NCBI GenBank assembly: GCA_002633005.1
Contig: NMRA01000001.1
Location: 2,773,695 to 2,837,694 of the forward strand
Direction of reading: 5' to 3'
Origin: Phoronis australis
Lineage: Eukaryota; Animalia; Phoronida
DNA: 64,000 nt
Positions 1 through 13,300 of the stretch are shown in pieces. Under the pieces are notes generated by a model. It did no database searches, was not told the DNA's origin, and worked only from the letters and a program-made list of their open reading frames with translations. The first letter of the stretch is position 1. Every line of letters starts with the position of its first letter. A program made the translations under genes and the position numbers.

Positions 1-608
1 AGGAAGGTGTTTACCAATGTGGAGTCCTTTCTGGGCCAGAGCTGTGTGGATGCAATTATGCTGCTAGGAATTTTCTGGTTTGGATGCATTTGGTGTAAGT
101 CTCAAGGTCTCATTTTCGCACGATTTCTAAAATAGCTGCTCGAGTCTACTTCTGGCTGTTGCATTATTTATGTTTTTGGATAGTTTCTTTGAAATCGCCA
201 GGGTGCTATGAAAACTTAACTTTTCTAACAATGTTGTTAACATTCACACTGAGTGTTTTTATTCAGGTTTCACTAAGCATCACTTGTACTATTTCTAGAG
301 GTTATAGTGGAGTATGTTTCTCATTTGTTAACTCTGTTTTGAATATTTAATTGGGGCTAAGTTTTGGAGTATTTGAAAGACAAAAATGCCGTTTTCCAAG
401 ATAATTATGCTTTTTGATACCCGTTTTCAAACAATCTTAACATGAATGGTTGGCGGTTGTTCTATTTTTCATGTTTTGTGATTAAATATATTTAAAAGAC
501 ATTTTTGCTAATTGACCAGCTTCAAATCTGCTGTGCATTGTTAAGACTTGCGGCATTTTCAAGTTACAGGATACCTTGATCTAATTGTGTAAAATTTTGC
601 TGTTACAG

Positions 609-931
609 GTGAGGTTATTAAACACGATGAAGTCAAATGCATACTTGACGAGGGGATGCCTCTTCCTCGTAATCCTGTTCACAGGGGACGATTAATCATA
701 AAATTTACTGTCAAATTCCCGGCAGCAGGCTTTCTTCCCATGGAGAAACTCGCTGAAATTGAAAAACTGTTACCAGCCCGACAGGAAGTGCTTGTGCCTG
801 ACTGTGCCGAGGAAGTCAATTTAGAACCTTACGATTCGACTGCAGCATCTCGGAATCGAAGAGAGGCTTACGATGATGACGATGATGACGAACATAGTGG
901 GCACCAGAGGGTGCAGTGTGCATCGCAGTGA
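609..931 (+). CDS. DNAJA1: DnaJ homolog subfamily A (Hsp40, DNAJA1/A4-like), terminal coding exon; upstream exons lie outside the window
   Basis: Acceptor ttacag ends at 608. Exon reads GEVIKHDEVKCILDEGMPLPRNPVHRGRLIIKFTVKFP...EAYDDDDDDEHSGHQRVQCASQ*. The EGMP...G.LII.F.V.FP motif and the C-terminal CaaX box (CASQ) are typical of DNAJA proteins. Exact paralog not determinable. Confidence 0.9.
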
Positions 932-3900
932 TGTCGTCTGAAAATAGGTGGTTTCATTCCTGTATTATTACCATCAATGTATTGATCACGTGATTATTTT
1001 TTGTTTCCGTGTACAAGATCATTGCCAGTTAGGTGGTCTTCCTCTGGACTTTTGCAAAAGCTTGAGGGTTCAACAAAATGATAGCGCGTATTGCACACCT
1101 TCTTGCACCTGTACTCTTTTATTTGTCTATTGGTATTTGTGTACCTGTAAGTTAACCTTTACTACTGAATTGTTTTTTATGCTCGACAAAAAAGCGTGAG
1201 TGTGATCTACACTGCTCCCGATGCAGAGTGAGTGATGAGTTTCTAATACCTAAATATTGATAAGAGTTAAAAATGCTCAGTTTTATACAAAACATGTCCA
1301 GACCAATTTAAGAATGGACTCTTGACAAGTTGCCTTTTTCAGAACTTTATTTAGTGCCTAAACTGCTTTTGGTGTCAACTGTACCATATCGGTCTGAATT
1401 TTGGAAGTCAATAAACATGGGTTCTCCACTATTGCGACAAAAGGCAGATTCATTTGAAAAATAAACTTTTGGCTCAGAATGGAGGTTATGTGTGATTGTG
1501 GTCATGGTAACCACCCTTCCTAAAAAAACTGGCACTGAGAACCCACTTGCTGCGATGTCACCCATTCAGACGCAACAGCGAGTGTGACTCAAAATATACA
1601 CATTTAGAAAATAAAGTTACTTCAAATGGTGCTTCAGAAATGTGTTTGGTGTCTATTTGCAACTAGGCTAATGTTTAAGTAAATACAGTTCAATGAGACA
1701 ATTATTTATTTATCTGAACTATGTACAGAAGAATGATAAGAGTACCAAACAGCTTTAGTGACCAGCCACTAAACTGCTGTAGCATGCTTTTTAATGCAGG
1801 TAAACTGCTCTCAGAAAACATTATTTTTAGCCCTGGTATTGTAGTATTTTTGGTTACCATGACGTCTTTACATAGTACATTTTATTTACTTGGACATGAT
1901 TGGGTCTGCCCAGATGTCAGACTGTGTGCAAGTCCCTGAATATTTTTTTTAATATTGTCACTGCCCTATACCAAAGATAATGATTAATGGGGGTTTATCT
2001 TCTGTAAACAAATAAACAGATTGTAAGTCTAATATTCTGAAGTTAATTCACATTGGTGCAGTAAAGTCTAGCTCATTCAGCTTATGGTGGTTTCCTGGGC
2101 ACTCTGTAGTTTGGATTTGGTGGAATTGGCACAACTTGTGAGATTACGTTGATGTTGTGTTCATAACCTACCAATATCTTTGTGAGTAGTTTTTCATACA
2201 GTTGAATTTTGGAAATGTAATTACATGTATTCATTCCAAATATGGAGCAACATTGTAACCATTTCTGTTTGAAGTTGCATTTGCTCTTGATTGCATAGTA
2301 CAGTTATCGATGTGACTTTCCATGATGAATCGGCAATTGCCCTTCATCCGTAACTCATCGCGTACCCTTCGTGTGTGACACAGGAGTTGCTCCGGGTGAA
2401 CTTTTTAAGAAGATTGTTGTGCTTTGACCGTGAATTTCTTGCGAACTCGGTGGAGCAGGACACTGTAAATGGTATTGGGAGAAAGAACAATTCCTCATGG
2501 TTTGTTGAACCTCTGTTTTATGTAAATTTATTGAGTTTTGTGTTTGCTATGGATGGCTGAAGTGAAGCACCTGTGGAATTTCTAGTCGGGAGTGTCATAC
2601 CTTGTAGTATTATATATGGTGTATTGGGTACGATCAGAAGCTGAGAACGCCTGTGATCTTTACATATGGCCACTCCTCTAGAGATAGCACTGTGAAAAAA
2701 ATGGAGCAAGGTCTGTTTTTGAACCTGTACCCGTGTCTTTTCCTGTACTCAGTCAGTTATTGATGTATTGACCCAGTTTGGGTTATGATGCTGTGCTAGA
2801 ACGTGGAATACTGCGTAAACTCAAGGTCAGGTATGTGTGAACTTGGAATTGAATATTGTTTTGAGCAATCCAGTGATATTTTTTGTTTACTGTTAAGAAT
2901 TTTTGGAATTATTGGCCTCATGATCACCCATTTTCTCCTTTAGCGTAACTTGTGTCAAAGAATCGAGGAATATATGAATGGTTTAATCAATTAGTGTATG
3001 GTGAGTAAGATCGTCAATAGATAGATTAAAGTTAAGGTTATTTTATTAACATGTAATTTGATTTAGTGCAGTGCAAACTTTTATCAACGTGAACGTGATG
3101 TGTTGAGTGAACTTGTCAAGTGTCCTCGTGTATTCCAAGTTCATGCACAGCAATATGACCAGCATTCGAAATACACGGTGACTGGGGCCAGTAACTGGGG
3201 CCAGTGGATTTGCGGCTGGGCTATTAAACTTTCACATATGGGCCCTGTGTGGATGTGATCTCGAATTCAAGTAACTGGCCCAGGGGGCCTACACATTTAT
3301 TTGCTGAAGGTCGAACACTGAATATGACAGTTACCATCGGACATGTAGTTTCCTGGTTAATGTCCCAAAATTCTGCTACCGTCACACAATCTGAGTAGAG
3401 AAATTAGCCATATTGACCGTTCCTATTTCCTATGGTTCGAGGACGTAGCGTTCAAAATCTAAAAGTGTTACATCGTGTTTTAGCGTAGTCAGCAATGCTA
3501 TTGTAGTATTGTTGACGGTGTTTTGTGTGCTCTGGATGCCCGACCAAAGCTGTCTTCTGCGTCCCGTGAAGTGGTCATTACCTGTCAGATAATGAAACAC
3601 TGTAGCTGCGCATTACCTCACCTAGCATTACACTCGTGAGACAAGATTGTCACTTCACGTTGCCAACATGTGAATCTTCAGTACAAGGAAATTTTGCCAT
3701 CTCAAATACAGAGTTCAGCATGTGATGAGATTTCACTCTATCGAAATCTTGTTCAATATTGTATCACTTAGGAATTAATAGTTGGGTAACTGATCACCTG
3801 AATAGTGTGCAGATGAGGATTTTGAGAACTACAGTCATTTCTTGAACGTCTTTAACGATCATATTATAATGATTAAAAGAAGTAAACCATTTTATTTTGC

Positions 3901-4342
3901 TCTTTGTCGTCTCAATTTTTTGTTATGTCTTCTACAGCTGATAATGTTTCCACACGCGAGAGTTTTTATTCATAATGCAACTGCAGAAACGGAGCTACTT
4001 AGAACATGATAAAAAGTTACTCAGTACTCCGTATGAATTGTGTAGAACAGAGAGTATATCAAGGTACCTAAACTACACGGTTAACGGTGTTTGCAGGTGA
4101 GTCGTGTTCATGCGTCCGTTGGCCGTGTTTATGAGTCCGTAAACTGTGCGCAACTCTAGCCATCTGTCTCTATTACGGTGTATAGGTCGTGTCTCAAAGG
4201 TCAAAGTTTCATGATCGCCCTAGTCGTCCCTGATAGTAAATTGCCTTTTGTATTTTTTACCGGTATCAAATCCTTGCCGTTGTATAAAGCCGAGTGGTCT
4301 TCCGTCTTACGTCAGTATAAGCGTTTTATAGTTTCTGAAATA

Positions 4343-7300
4343 ATGTCATCTTTGGCATTGCGTACCAGGTCGCTTTCTCTGCTCGCAGCTGCGCAGTGGA
4401 ACAGGAGACACCGCACGCGTTTGCCCGCAGTAACGTGTTCCTGGACTTGGGGAGCGCGATCTTTGACGACGGACCATGGCAAAATGGGCCTCGCTTCTGG
4501 CAAAGTTGCGGCCTTTGGAGCCGAGATGAGGTCTAGTCAGTTTCGACTTGATCCAGACCTGACATTCGTGAATCACGCTGCTTATGGCGCTGTGCCTCAG
4601 TTTGTGCGAGAGCATTGGCAGAGGTGAGTGCTGCTGTCTCTCACCTGGAGAACATTGAAGCTCAGCTAACACTCGCCTCAGTCCTGTCAAAGCAATTTTT
4701 AACGCGACATCAGTTTGTTCCTTACGTTTATTAGAAGTCATTAGTGGGGTCTCTCATGAAAGTGACCTTTCGAAGCTTTAGACCGAAAGTTTGCTGAAAT
4801 CAGTTGTTGAAACAAATCCCTTCAGCGAAGAAACTGTTAGCACGTAGAAAGAACTATGAGTTCGTTATTGATTCACCATGCAGTGACGTGCCAACTTTGA
4901 ACTTGTGTTCTCCATCACCTGATCCTCTTCTCTGTGATACGATCTCCTTGAGAAAGAATTTAGTTGTTTACAGCTATGTTTATTTATCATTGTCTTCGAT
5001 CCATTAACTACAGAAAATAAATCAAATACCCTGGATGATTTAGAACAGGCACTAACGAAACACAAATGAATTCCCAATTAGTGATTGCACACTCAGTTAA
5101 TGTTAAGTAAACTTAATTGAAGAGCATTTATTTATAGGTACCCTGAGTACATGCACAGCTATTTTCTCTTCTCTTAATGACGGAGCTTTAATGTGTTGGA
5201 GGGATATTTTGGTGCTGTCTTGGGACAGAAGTTCCCTATCTATTTTTCCTTGTTTTAACTCCACTATCACATATGAATCAGTCTCAGTCCGAATAGATCC
5301 TATCTGAAGTGGTTGTAGGTCACAACCCACACTATCACAACAAAGAGACATGCAGCCGGGGTACAGACTACTTTGCATGGGATTCTAGGACCTGAAGCAA
5401 TACACGATTACGGCCATATGACCCAACTGTGTGTTTGACCTGTTCACTTCAATGTTGTTAACCAAGCACATGTGGAACGTTTGACTGAACGTATGTTTAG
5501 CCAAAACACAGTTTGGGATCGAACACAATGATGATGGTTGCAATGGAGCGTCCTGAATTGTCAAATGGATTTAGAGGTTACACTCTACGTACCATGACGA
5601 AAGAATAGTTTATAAAATTGTGACGTCAGCGTATTTCTAAGCTGTAAGTACGAAAATATCATGACGTTCTCGAAAGTGCATGAACCTTGCATTCTGTACA
5701 CGTACACACTATAAATGAATTTTTATAAATTACTTAAGGACTTTTTATTAAAATATACAAAAACAACACAAAAACAGTGTATGAGATGACATCGATTTTT
5801 TCTACATAACAGCAGTCCGAGAGTTTTTCTAATGTATATACGCACACACGTATAAAATATGGATGCACCCGGCGGGGGGGGGGGGGTNNNNNNNNNNNNN
5901 NNNCGGGGGGCTCGAATGAGCTCCCCCATATATGGCGAAATGGGGCGGTCCCCCTCAGTGAAACAGAAAATCCGAAATAACTTAGAAAATGAGACAAAAG
6001 GCAGGAACTACCAAAATTCGGCGAATGCACAGTTAATAGCTTTGAGGCCGTACCTCGTAATCTTAGTAAATGGTCCACATTCTCAAAAATTCGAGTCCCC
6101 AATTTTATCCTAGAGTGCGCGCATGTAAAACTATATACACTTCTGTGCACTCACCACTATATGTGTTGAGTGCGACGCTATAGGAGCCGCAGGCTATGTG
6201 TCAGGTGTTTAAAGCAAGACAGTGTGGCTGATGTAGGCTTGAGCCCCTTCCAGTAAAGATAGCGGACGGATGTCTGGACAGATGTTCGATTCTGTATACG
6301 AATCTGATTAGTTTTCCGAGTCACTCACAAGTACCCCACCAGTGTTTGAGGTTTATCAAGGTCTATGGTTTAACTCTAATATTCTGGTTGGTCACGAGTC
6401 TGTATTCATTCACTAAAGGCATGGGATTCATTTGTGAATTATGTCAAAGCGAGACCAGACTCAGTTTCAGTTTCGCAGAATTCAACTTAGACAATTAACT
6501 GATAGGGAAGTGTGAAATACAAAGAGATAAAGTCTTTTTCAAACAAACGTCCTACTTTTTCCAACGGTGTGTTTCAAAGCTGACATACAATAGTAAGAAA
6601 CTCCGTTTTTTATACATTTTTCGTAGATGTTTTACCTGAATGGGAATTTAACTTCGGAGTCAACCCAGAATGGTAATTTTTTTTACTAAATCCTCTTTAC
6701 TTTTGTCCAGTTAATGGTGTACTACAGCTGAGGATTATCCATAGAATAATGGCATAGAACGGTAGACCCCATGCCTAGAGATCTTCCTGTAATAGCAGGA
6801 TCTCTTCATGATAGGAATAAAATAAGTCATCGTTACAAATAGGAGCCAGGGACTCCGGGGACCGTTCCAAGAAACCTACTTCAGCTCATTTTTGTCTTCG
6901 ATTTGTCTCAACTCCCCACTTTGAAACTTCCACATCCGCTAAGTTAGTCGAACTAAGTAAAAAATTCAAGACCCACTTGACGCTTTCTTGGAATGATTTT
7001 TAATAGAAATTAAGTTTTATTTTAAATTTGACTTAAATTTGAGATTGGTCTAAGCTAAGTCACTTTTATTGGAACGAGTTCCTGATCTATGCAGCGTTGT
7101 TCTGTGTTGCCAAGAATTACGCCTAATTTTGAAAAACTAGAGTATGTCCTCAAGAAACCTGGGAATTCACTGATCTCTAGCCTTGTTTGTAGTTAATAGT
7201 TTGCAGTCTGTGTGTATGTGGTGTGGATGTGTGCCATTCCGTGTCAACCTTAACATAATAATGCGCAGCATCTATTTAATTATTGCAGTTGCCAACAGGG

Positions 7301-10300
7301 ATTTCTTGAATTGTATTTACATGTGATTTACATGTTTTCATATTCAGTAAATAAGCATGGTGGTCGCCGTGAGCACTTCGTCTGAGTCTAAACCTGGCCT
7401 CTGCGGCATATTGTAGACTTAGGAAACCGGCGAAACGCAAGACTTCGCAAAATAGGCTATGCACTGCACGCAAAGGGCTCGTCGTCACAATGGGGCTATT
7501 CGGAGAATTCTCCTCGCGGTGTCGCTGCTGTACTAGTGGTGATTGAATTGCGCATGCGTGGCTGTCTGCATGTAAACAACTGGTAAAAGATGTAATTTTT
7601 ATCAAAATACGTCGTCGCGCTAAGCCTTATTACTGCTAGTTTCCCTGGTGCAAGTCTTCGACAGGTGGCCACAAATTCCNGGGGCGGTCCCCCTCAGTGA
7701 AACAGAAAATCCGAAATAACTTAGAAAATGAGACAAAAGGCAGGAACTACCAAAATTCGGCGAATGTACAGTTAATAGCTTTGAGGGTACCTCGTAATCT
7801 TAGTAAATGGTCCACATTCTCAAAAATTCGAGTCCCCAATTTTATCCTAGATGCGCGCATGTAAAACTATATACACCTCTGTGCACTCAGCACTATATGT
7901 GTTGAGTGCGACACAAATAATTGTCGCTTATAGGAGCCATACTAGGCTATGTGTCAGGTGTTTAAAGCAAGACAGTGCGGCTGATGTAGGCTTGAGCCCC
8001 TTCCAGTAAAGATAGCGGACGGATGTCTGGACAGATGTTCGATTCTGTATACGAATCTGATTAGTTTTCCGAGTCACTCACGGCCCACCAGTGTTTGAGG
8101 TTTATCAAGGTCTATGGTTTAACTCTAATATTCTGGTTGGTCACGAGTCTGTATTCATTCACTAAAGGCATGGGGTTCATTTGTGAATTATGTCAAAGCG
8201 AGACCAGACTCAGTTTCAGTTTCGCAGAATTCAACTTAGAAAATTAACTGTTAGGGAAGTGTGAAATACAAAGAGATAAAGTCTTTTTCAACCAAACGTC
8301 CTACTTTTTCCAACGGTGTGTTTCAAAGCTGACATACAATAGTAAGAAACTCCGTTTTTTATACATTTTTCGTAGATGTTTTACCTGAATGGGAATTTAA
8401 CTTCGGAGTCAACCCAGAATGGTAATTTTTTTTTACTAAATCCTCTTTACTTTTGTCCAGTTAATGGTGTACTACAGCTGAGGATTATCCATAGAATAAT
8501 ACCATAGAACGGTAGACCCCATGCCTAGAGATCTTCCAGTAATAGCAGGATCTCTTCATGATAGGAACTCTGAAAATAAGTCATCGTTACAAATAGGAGC
8601 CAGGGACTCCGGGGCCCGTTCCAAGAAACCTACTTAAGTTCAATTTTGCCTTCGATTTGTCTCAACTCCCCACTTTGAAACTTCCGCATCCGCTAAGTTA
8701 GTCGAACTAAGTAAAAAAATTCAAGACACACTTGACGCTTTCTTGGAATGATTTTTAAGAGAAATTAAGTTTTATTTTAAATTTGACTTCAATTTGAGAT
8801 TGGTCTAAGCTAAGTCACTTTTATTGGAACGAGTCCCTGATCTATGCAGCTTCTGTGGTGCAAAGAATTACGCCTAATTTTGAAAAACTAGAGTATGTCC
8901 TCAAGAAAACTGGGAATTCAATGATCTCTAGCCTTGTTAGTAGTTAATAGTTTGCAGTCTGTGTGTATGTGGTGTGAATGTGTGCCAGTCCGTGTCAACC
9001 TTAACATAATAATGCGCAGCATCTATTTAATTATTGCAGTTGCCAACAGGGATTGCTTGAATTGTATTTACATGTGATTTACATGTTTTCATATTCAGTA
9101 AATAAGCATGAATGTTCGGTGGTCGCCGTGAGCACTTCGTCTGAGTCTAAACCTGGCCTCTGCGGCATATTGTAGACTTAGGAAACCGGCGAAACGCAAG
9201 ACTTCGCAAAATATAACTATGCACTGCACGCAAAGCGCACGTCGTCACATTAGCTTTACTCGCACAATTCTTACGTCCATAGAACCCAACCCCGCGTCAT
9301 CTTTGGGAAATTTGAAAACCGATGTTTTTGAAAGAACAAACTTCGAGCCAGTGCAATCACCCGATTTTCCTTTACAGCTTACATTCTAAAGTCGATGCAG
9401 ACTGCCTGGAATGGTTTCACGAGGATTACTGCACTGGTGTGCCGACACAATGGAGAGAGAGTTTGGAAACGGTATGCCAGTTTATAGGAACTTCGTATGA
9501 CAGCACCGTCTTCGTGGAAAACACAACAACGGGTTTGTAACGCATTTGGCGATGTTACGCGCCACCTGCAGTCACCTCAACATCATGTAAAGGAAGTTTT
9601 TGTAGTTGTAAGAAATGAGAATCATACGCACTATTGAGCATCGCATCTTAGCGCACGAACTACCTATACACGAACCTATGATTCATGCATATGAACCCAT
9701 GAATCGTGCAAACGAACCCAAAAATCACGCATAAATAAAATCATGCGCACGACGTACAAAATTACACATACGAACACAAATCATACGCACGAGCCTGCGA
9801 ATCATATAAGCACGAACCACCAGACAATAAAGTTTTCTTGCGTGTGATTCCATGCTCATGCAGTCGCGTGTATGATTTTGTGCTCGCATTGTGTTTCGTG
9901 CGCATGATTTTTATTCATATGCCTGATTTTTGGGTTCGTATGCATGGTTCATGGGTTGATATGCATGAATCATAGATTTGTAGGTGGTTGGCCGTATGAT
10001 GCGATACACGTGCGCATGATTCTATGGTACCCCTGCGCTTTCAGCTGAACTGAAGTATCACTATGAGCAGGATTGCTTAGCAGTTATGGGGCGGGATCGC
10101 GCTAACCTTAGTGCATAAACACCAACCCATGGTTCTTTTAAAAAATTGTCTCCTTTCGGTGCTATTGATGAGTGTTGGACGTCTCCTGTTCCAATTACAC
10201 AGCGGGACTAGACGAGTTGCGCGGCAATACGAGAAGTTATTGCTGAAACTTAGAGTGTTGAAAATAGTTTGGCGTNGGAATGGTTTCACGAGGATTACTG

Positions 10301-13300
10301 CACTGGTGTGCCGACACAATGGAGAGAGAGTTTGGAAACAGTATGCCAGTTTATAGGAACTTCGTATGACAGCACCGTCTTCGTGGAAAACGCCACAACG
10401 GGTTTGTAACGCATTCGGCGATGTTAGGCGCCACCTGCAGTCACCTCAACATCATGTAAAAGAAGTTTTTGTAGTTGTAAGAAATGAGAATCATACGCAC
10501 TATTGCGCATCTTAGCGCACGAACGACCTATGATACACGAACCTATGATTCATGCATATGAACCCATGAATCGTGCAAACGAACCCAAAAATCACGCATA
10601 AATAAAAATCATGCGCACGACATACAAAATCACACATACGAACACAAATCATACGCACGAGCCTGCGAATCATATACGCACGAACCACCAGACAATAAAG
10701 TTTTCTTGCGTGTGATTCCATGCTCATGCAGTCGCGTGTATGATTTTGTGCTCGCATTGTGTTTCGTGCGCATGATTTTTATTCATATGCCTGATTTTTG
10801 GGTTCGTATGCATGGTTCATGGGTTGATATGCATGAATCATAGATTTGTGGGTGGTTGGCCGCATGATGCGATGCACGTGCGCATGATTCTATGGTACCC
10901 CTGCGCTTTCAGCTGAACTGAAGTATCACTATGAGCAGGATTGCTTAGCAGTTATGGAGCGGGATCGCGCTAACCTTAGTGCATAAACACCAACCTATGG
11001 TTCTTTTAAAAAATTGTCTCCTTTCGGTGCTATTGATGAGTGTTGGACGTCTCCTGTTCCAATTACACAGCGGGACTAGACGAGTTGCGCGGCAATACGA
11101 GAAGTTATTGCTGAAACTTAGAGTGTTGAAAATAGTTTTGCGTTCAATGAGACTTGCTTGAAAGAAATTCTGTTACCAGCATGCACTATTGTGGGGAGAC
11201 TTTTGTTTCTCCCAATTCATGAACAGCACAACAAGTGGCAATTAAATCACACGCGAATGTCTGTTGTAATTTCATTTCCAACCAGGTATTAACACCGTAC
11301 TGAAGTCGCTTCCATTTGGTCCTAACGACGTTATTTTGACCAGCTGTGGGTCGTATCCTTCGATAAAACTTGCCTGCACCAAACGAGCGCACGATACTGG
11401 TGAGTCTACTGTACGTACCCAGAGCCAACTCCCAGCTGGTGGCGCGGTAAGTCGGAATGTTAGCAGCAGCAGTGACAAAGAAAGTTCGCTGAGCATTCGA
11501 CGAAAGAAGGCTTTAACTTGAATAAATTTGATGAGAATAGTTTTCAGTTCGAATAAAACGTTGTGGAAAATGATTTGTGCTAGACTTTGGCAAACAATCG
11601 TAACGTTACACAGCCAAAAATTAGCAGACAGTCGCTAAATTTATTTCCCGTTGATTTGTTCGGTAATTTGAGATCATGTGACACATTTGGTGCACTTGTT
11701 GATGACCAATAAAGTGTGAAAGTAATTAGTACGATAGAATCTCACCAGTTTAGGACAAAATATGACTGACGAGTGAAATTTTATTTTAAAATTTTCTCAA
11801 TGAAATATATGCAGCACCATATCAAGTGCTTTTCCACGTTCAAGGTTTGGACCACAACTACCATCAGACAAAGTTTTGAAAAATTATGAAATTTCACAAT
11901 AATGTTAGAGCTCCTTGAAAATGTAAAAGGTTATTTTTGGTAATTATTTTGGTACGAAATAGGCGAGATTTTACCGCCGGCAGTCAGGGAACTTCTATGA
12001 AAGTAGCACTCAGGTGAGTGGTACAGAACAGACTGCGATTAGATAGGAACATGGTCGTGTGGATGTATATGTACTCGGGCTACAATCCAACAATGACAGC
12101 GGTCACCTGAAAAGAACAAGAAAATGTCGTAACCAAAACCCCGGCTCTAGCGATGAAAACCGGTTTTCACATCGAGGGCAGACCTCTCGCTGGTTCCTTG
12201 CGTGCCGCTAGGTGGTCAGTAGCCAGCGTGCTGGCTAGGCACGTACGTAAGGCAACCAGCAAGGGGCAGACCTCTGCGGTATTACAGTAAATCTAAACTG
12301 GTGGATAAATTAAAATGCAGCTTTATTCTCATTCACCAGACGAAGAGTTGCACACAGGGTCGTACATCATCGATTTCATGTGTTTAATGTTGCTCGGTGG
12401 AGAATAAAGGTCCATTGGTGTGACGTATACACTATTTCATCCTTATTTTCATGTCCAGTATCTACCGATTAATGTTTGTTCATTACAAGCATGGAACTCT
12501 CTAGCCCAAGTTCTATGTTACGAGTCATGAAAGTTGAACTGAGAGCAAAATATTTCACAGCGTGGTGTGTGTTCAAATTTTTAAAATTTTATCACTCCTT
12601 TGTAACAGTTTCAACTGAGTTCAACAACAACTCCTATAATCCAGATCCGTGCATGCGCTCTGTTAAGACGGAAACAAGAGCCGTCGAAAGATCCTCTTCA
12701 TTTAGGCGCTAAAAATGTATCTCTCTTCCTATTGACATTCAAAACATATCTTACCCAGCTAAATATATGTCTTACAAAGTATATTTGTTCAAAATATGTT
12801 GAATTTCTCTTGATGTCAAACGAATTTTCCTGTTGTTTCAAATTGCAAAGAAAACCCGATCTGTCAACTGCTCGTCACTTCTTTGATTTTCTTCCCACAA
12901 TGCAAAGAACTTCTCCTTATTTGGTACGGCAAGGCAGCCTTAGCACATTTTCCTCTCCATAACCCTGTTGTCCTTGTGCATGTGCAGTGCTCATCGTGTC
13001 ATAAAGCGACACTCAGTTTTTTTAGGTCACAATTCAATGTTTACACTTGTTGATCCATTTTATTACAGGCGCAGAACACTTGACTATTCAGCTTCCCGAT
13101 AAGAGCAGAAATGCAGTTTTGAAGGCATATTCCGATTTTTTTCATGCCAACTCGAAAGTGAAGTTAGTTATATTGGGTAAGCTCGTGCATTCAAGTTCAG
13201 ATAACTAATTAACAGGACACTATCGTTTTTACATCCGCAAAACGCATTTTGGACTTTTAGTGAATGGGATAGTCTTCTCGAAATTAGCTTTTTAAATTGG

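Noticed and set aside
932-4100. Short ORFs downstream of the DNAJA stop
   Set aside because: No motifs or exon-phase support; more consistent with a long 3' UTR and intergenic DNA.
6222-6430. Second SINE candidate (GTTCGATTC B-box-like motif)
   Set aside because: A-box match and spacing are weak, and there is no independent second copy other than the haplotype duplicate.
5942-9249. Apparent segmental tandem duplications (also 9408-11143 and 15154-15979)
   Set aside because: Each junction is a single N and the copies differ by SNPs and small indels, the usual signature of uncollapsed haplotypes at contig joins.
9617-10024. CRISPR-like periodic repeats (also 16412-17120)
   Set aside because: Units are degenerate, lack unique spacers, invert midway and lie in eukaryotic introns with no cas genes. 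They fit foldback transposons.
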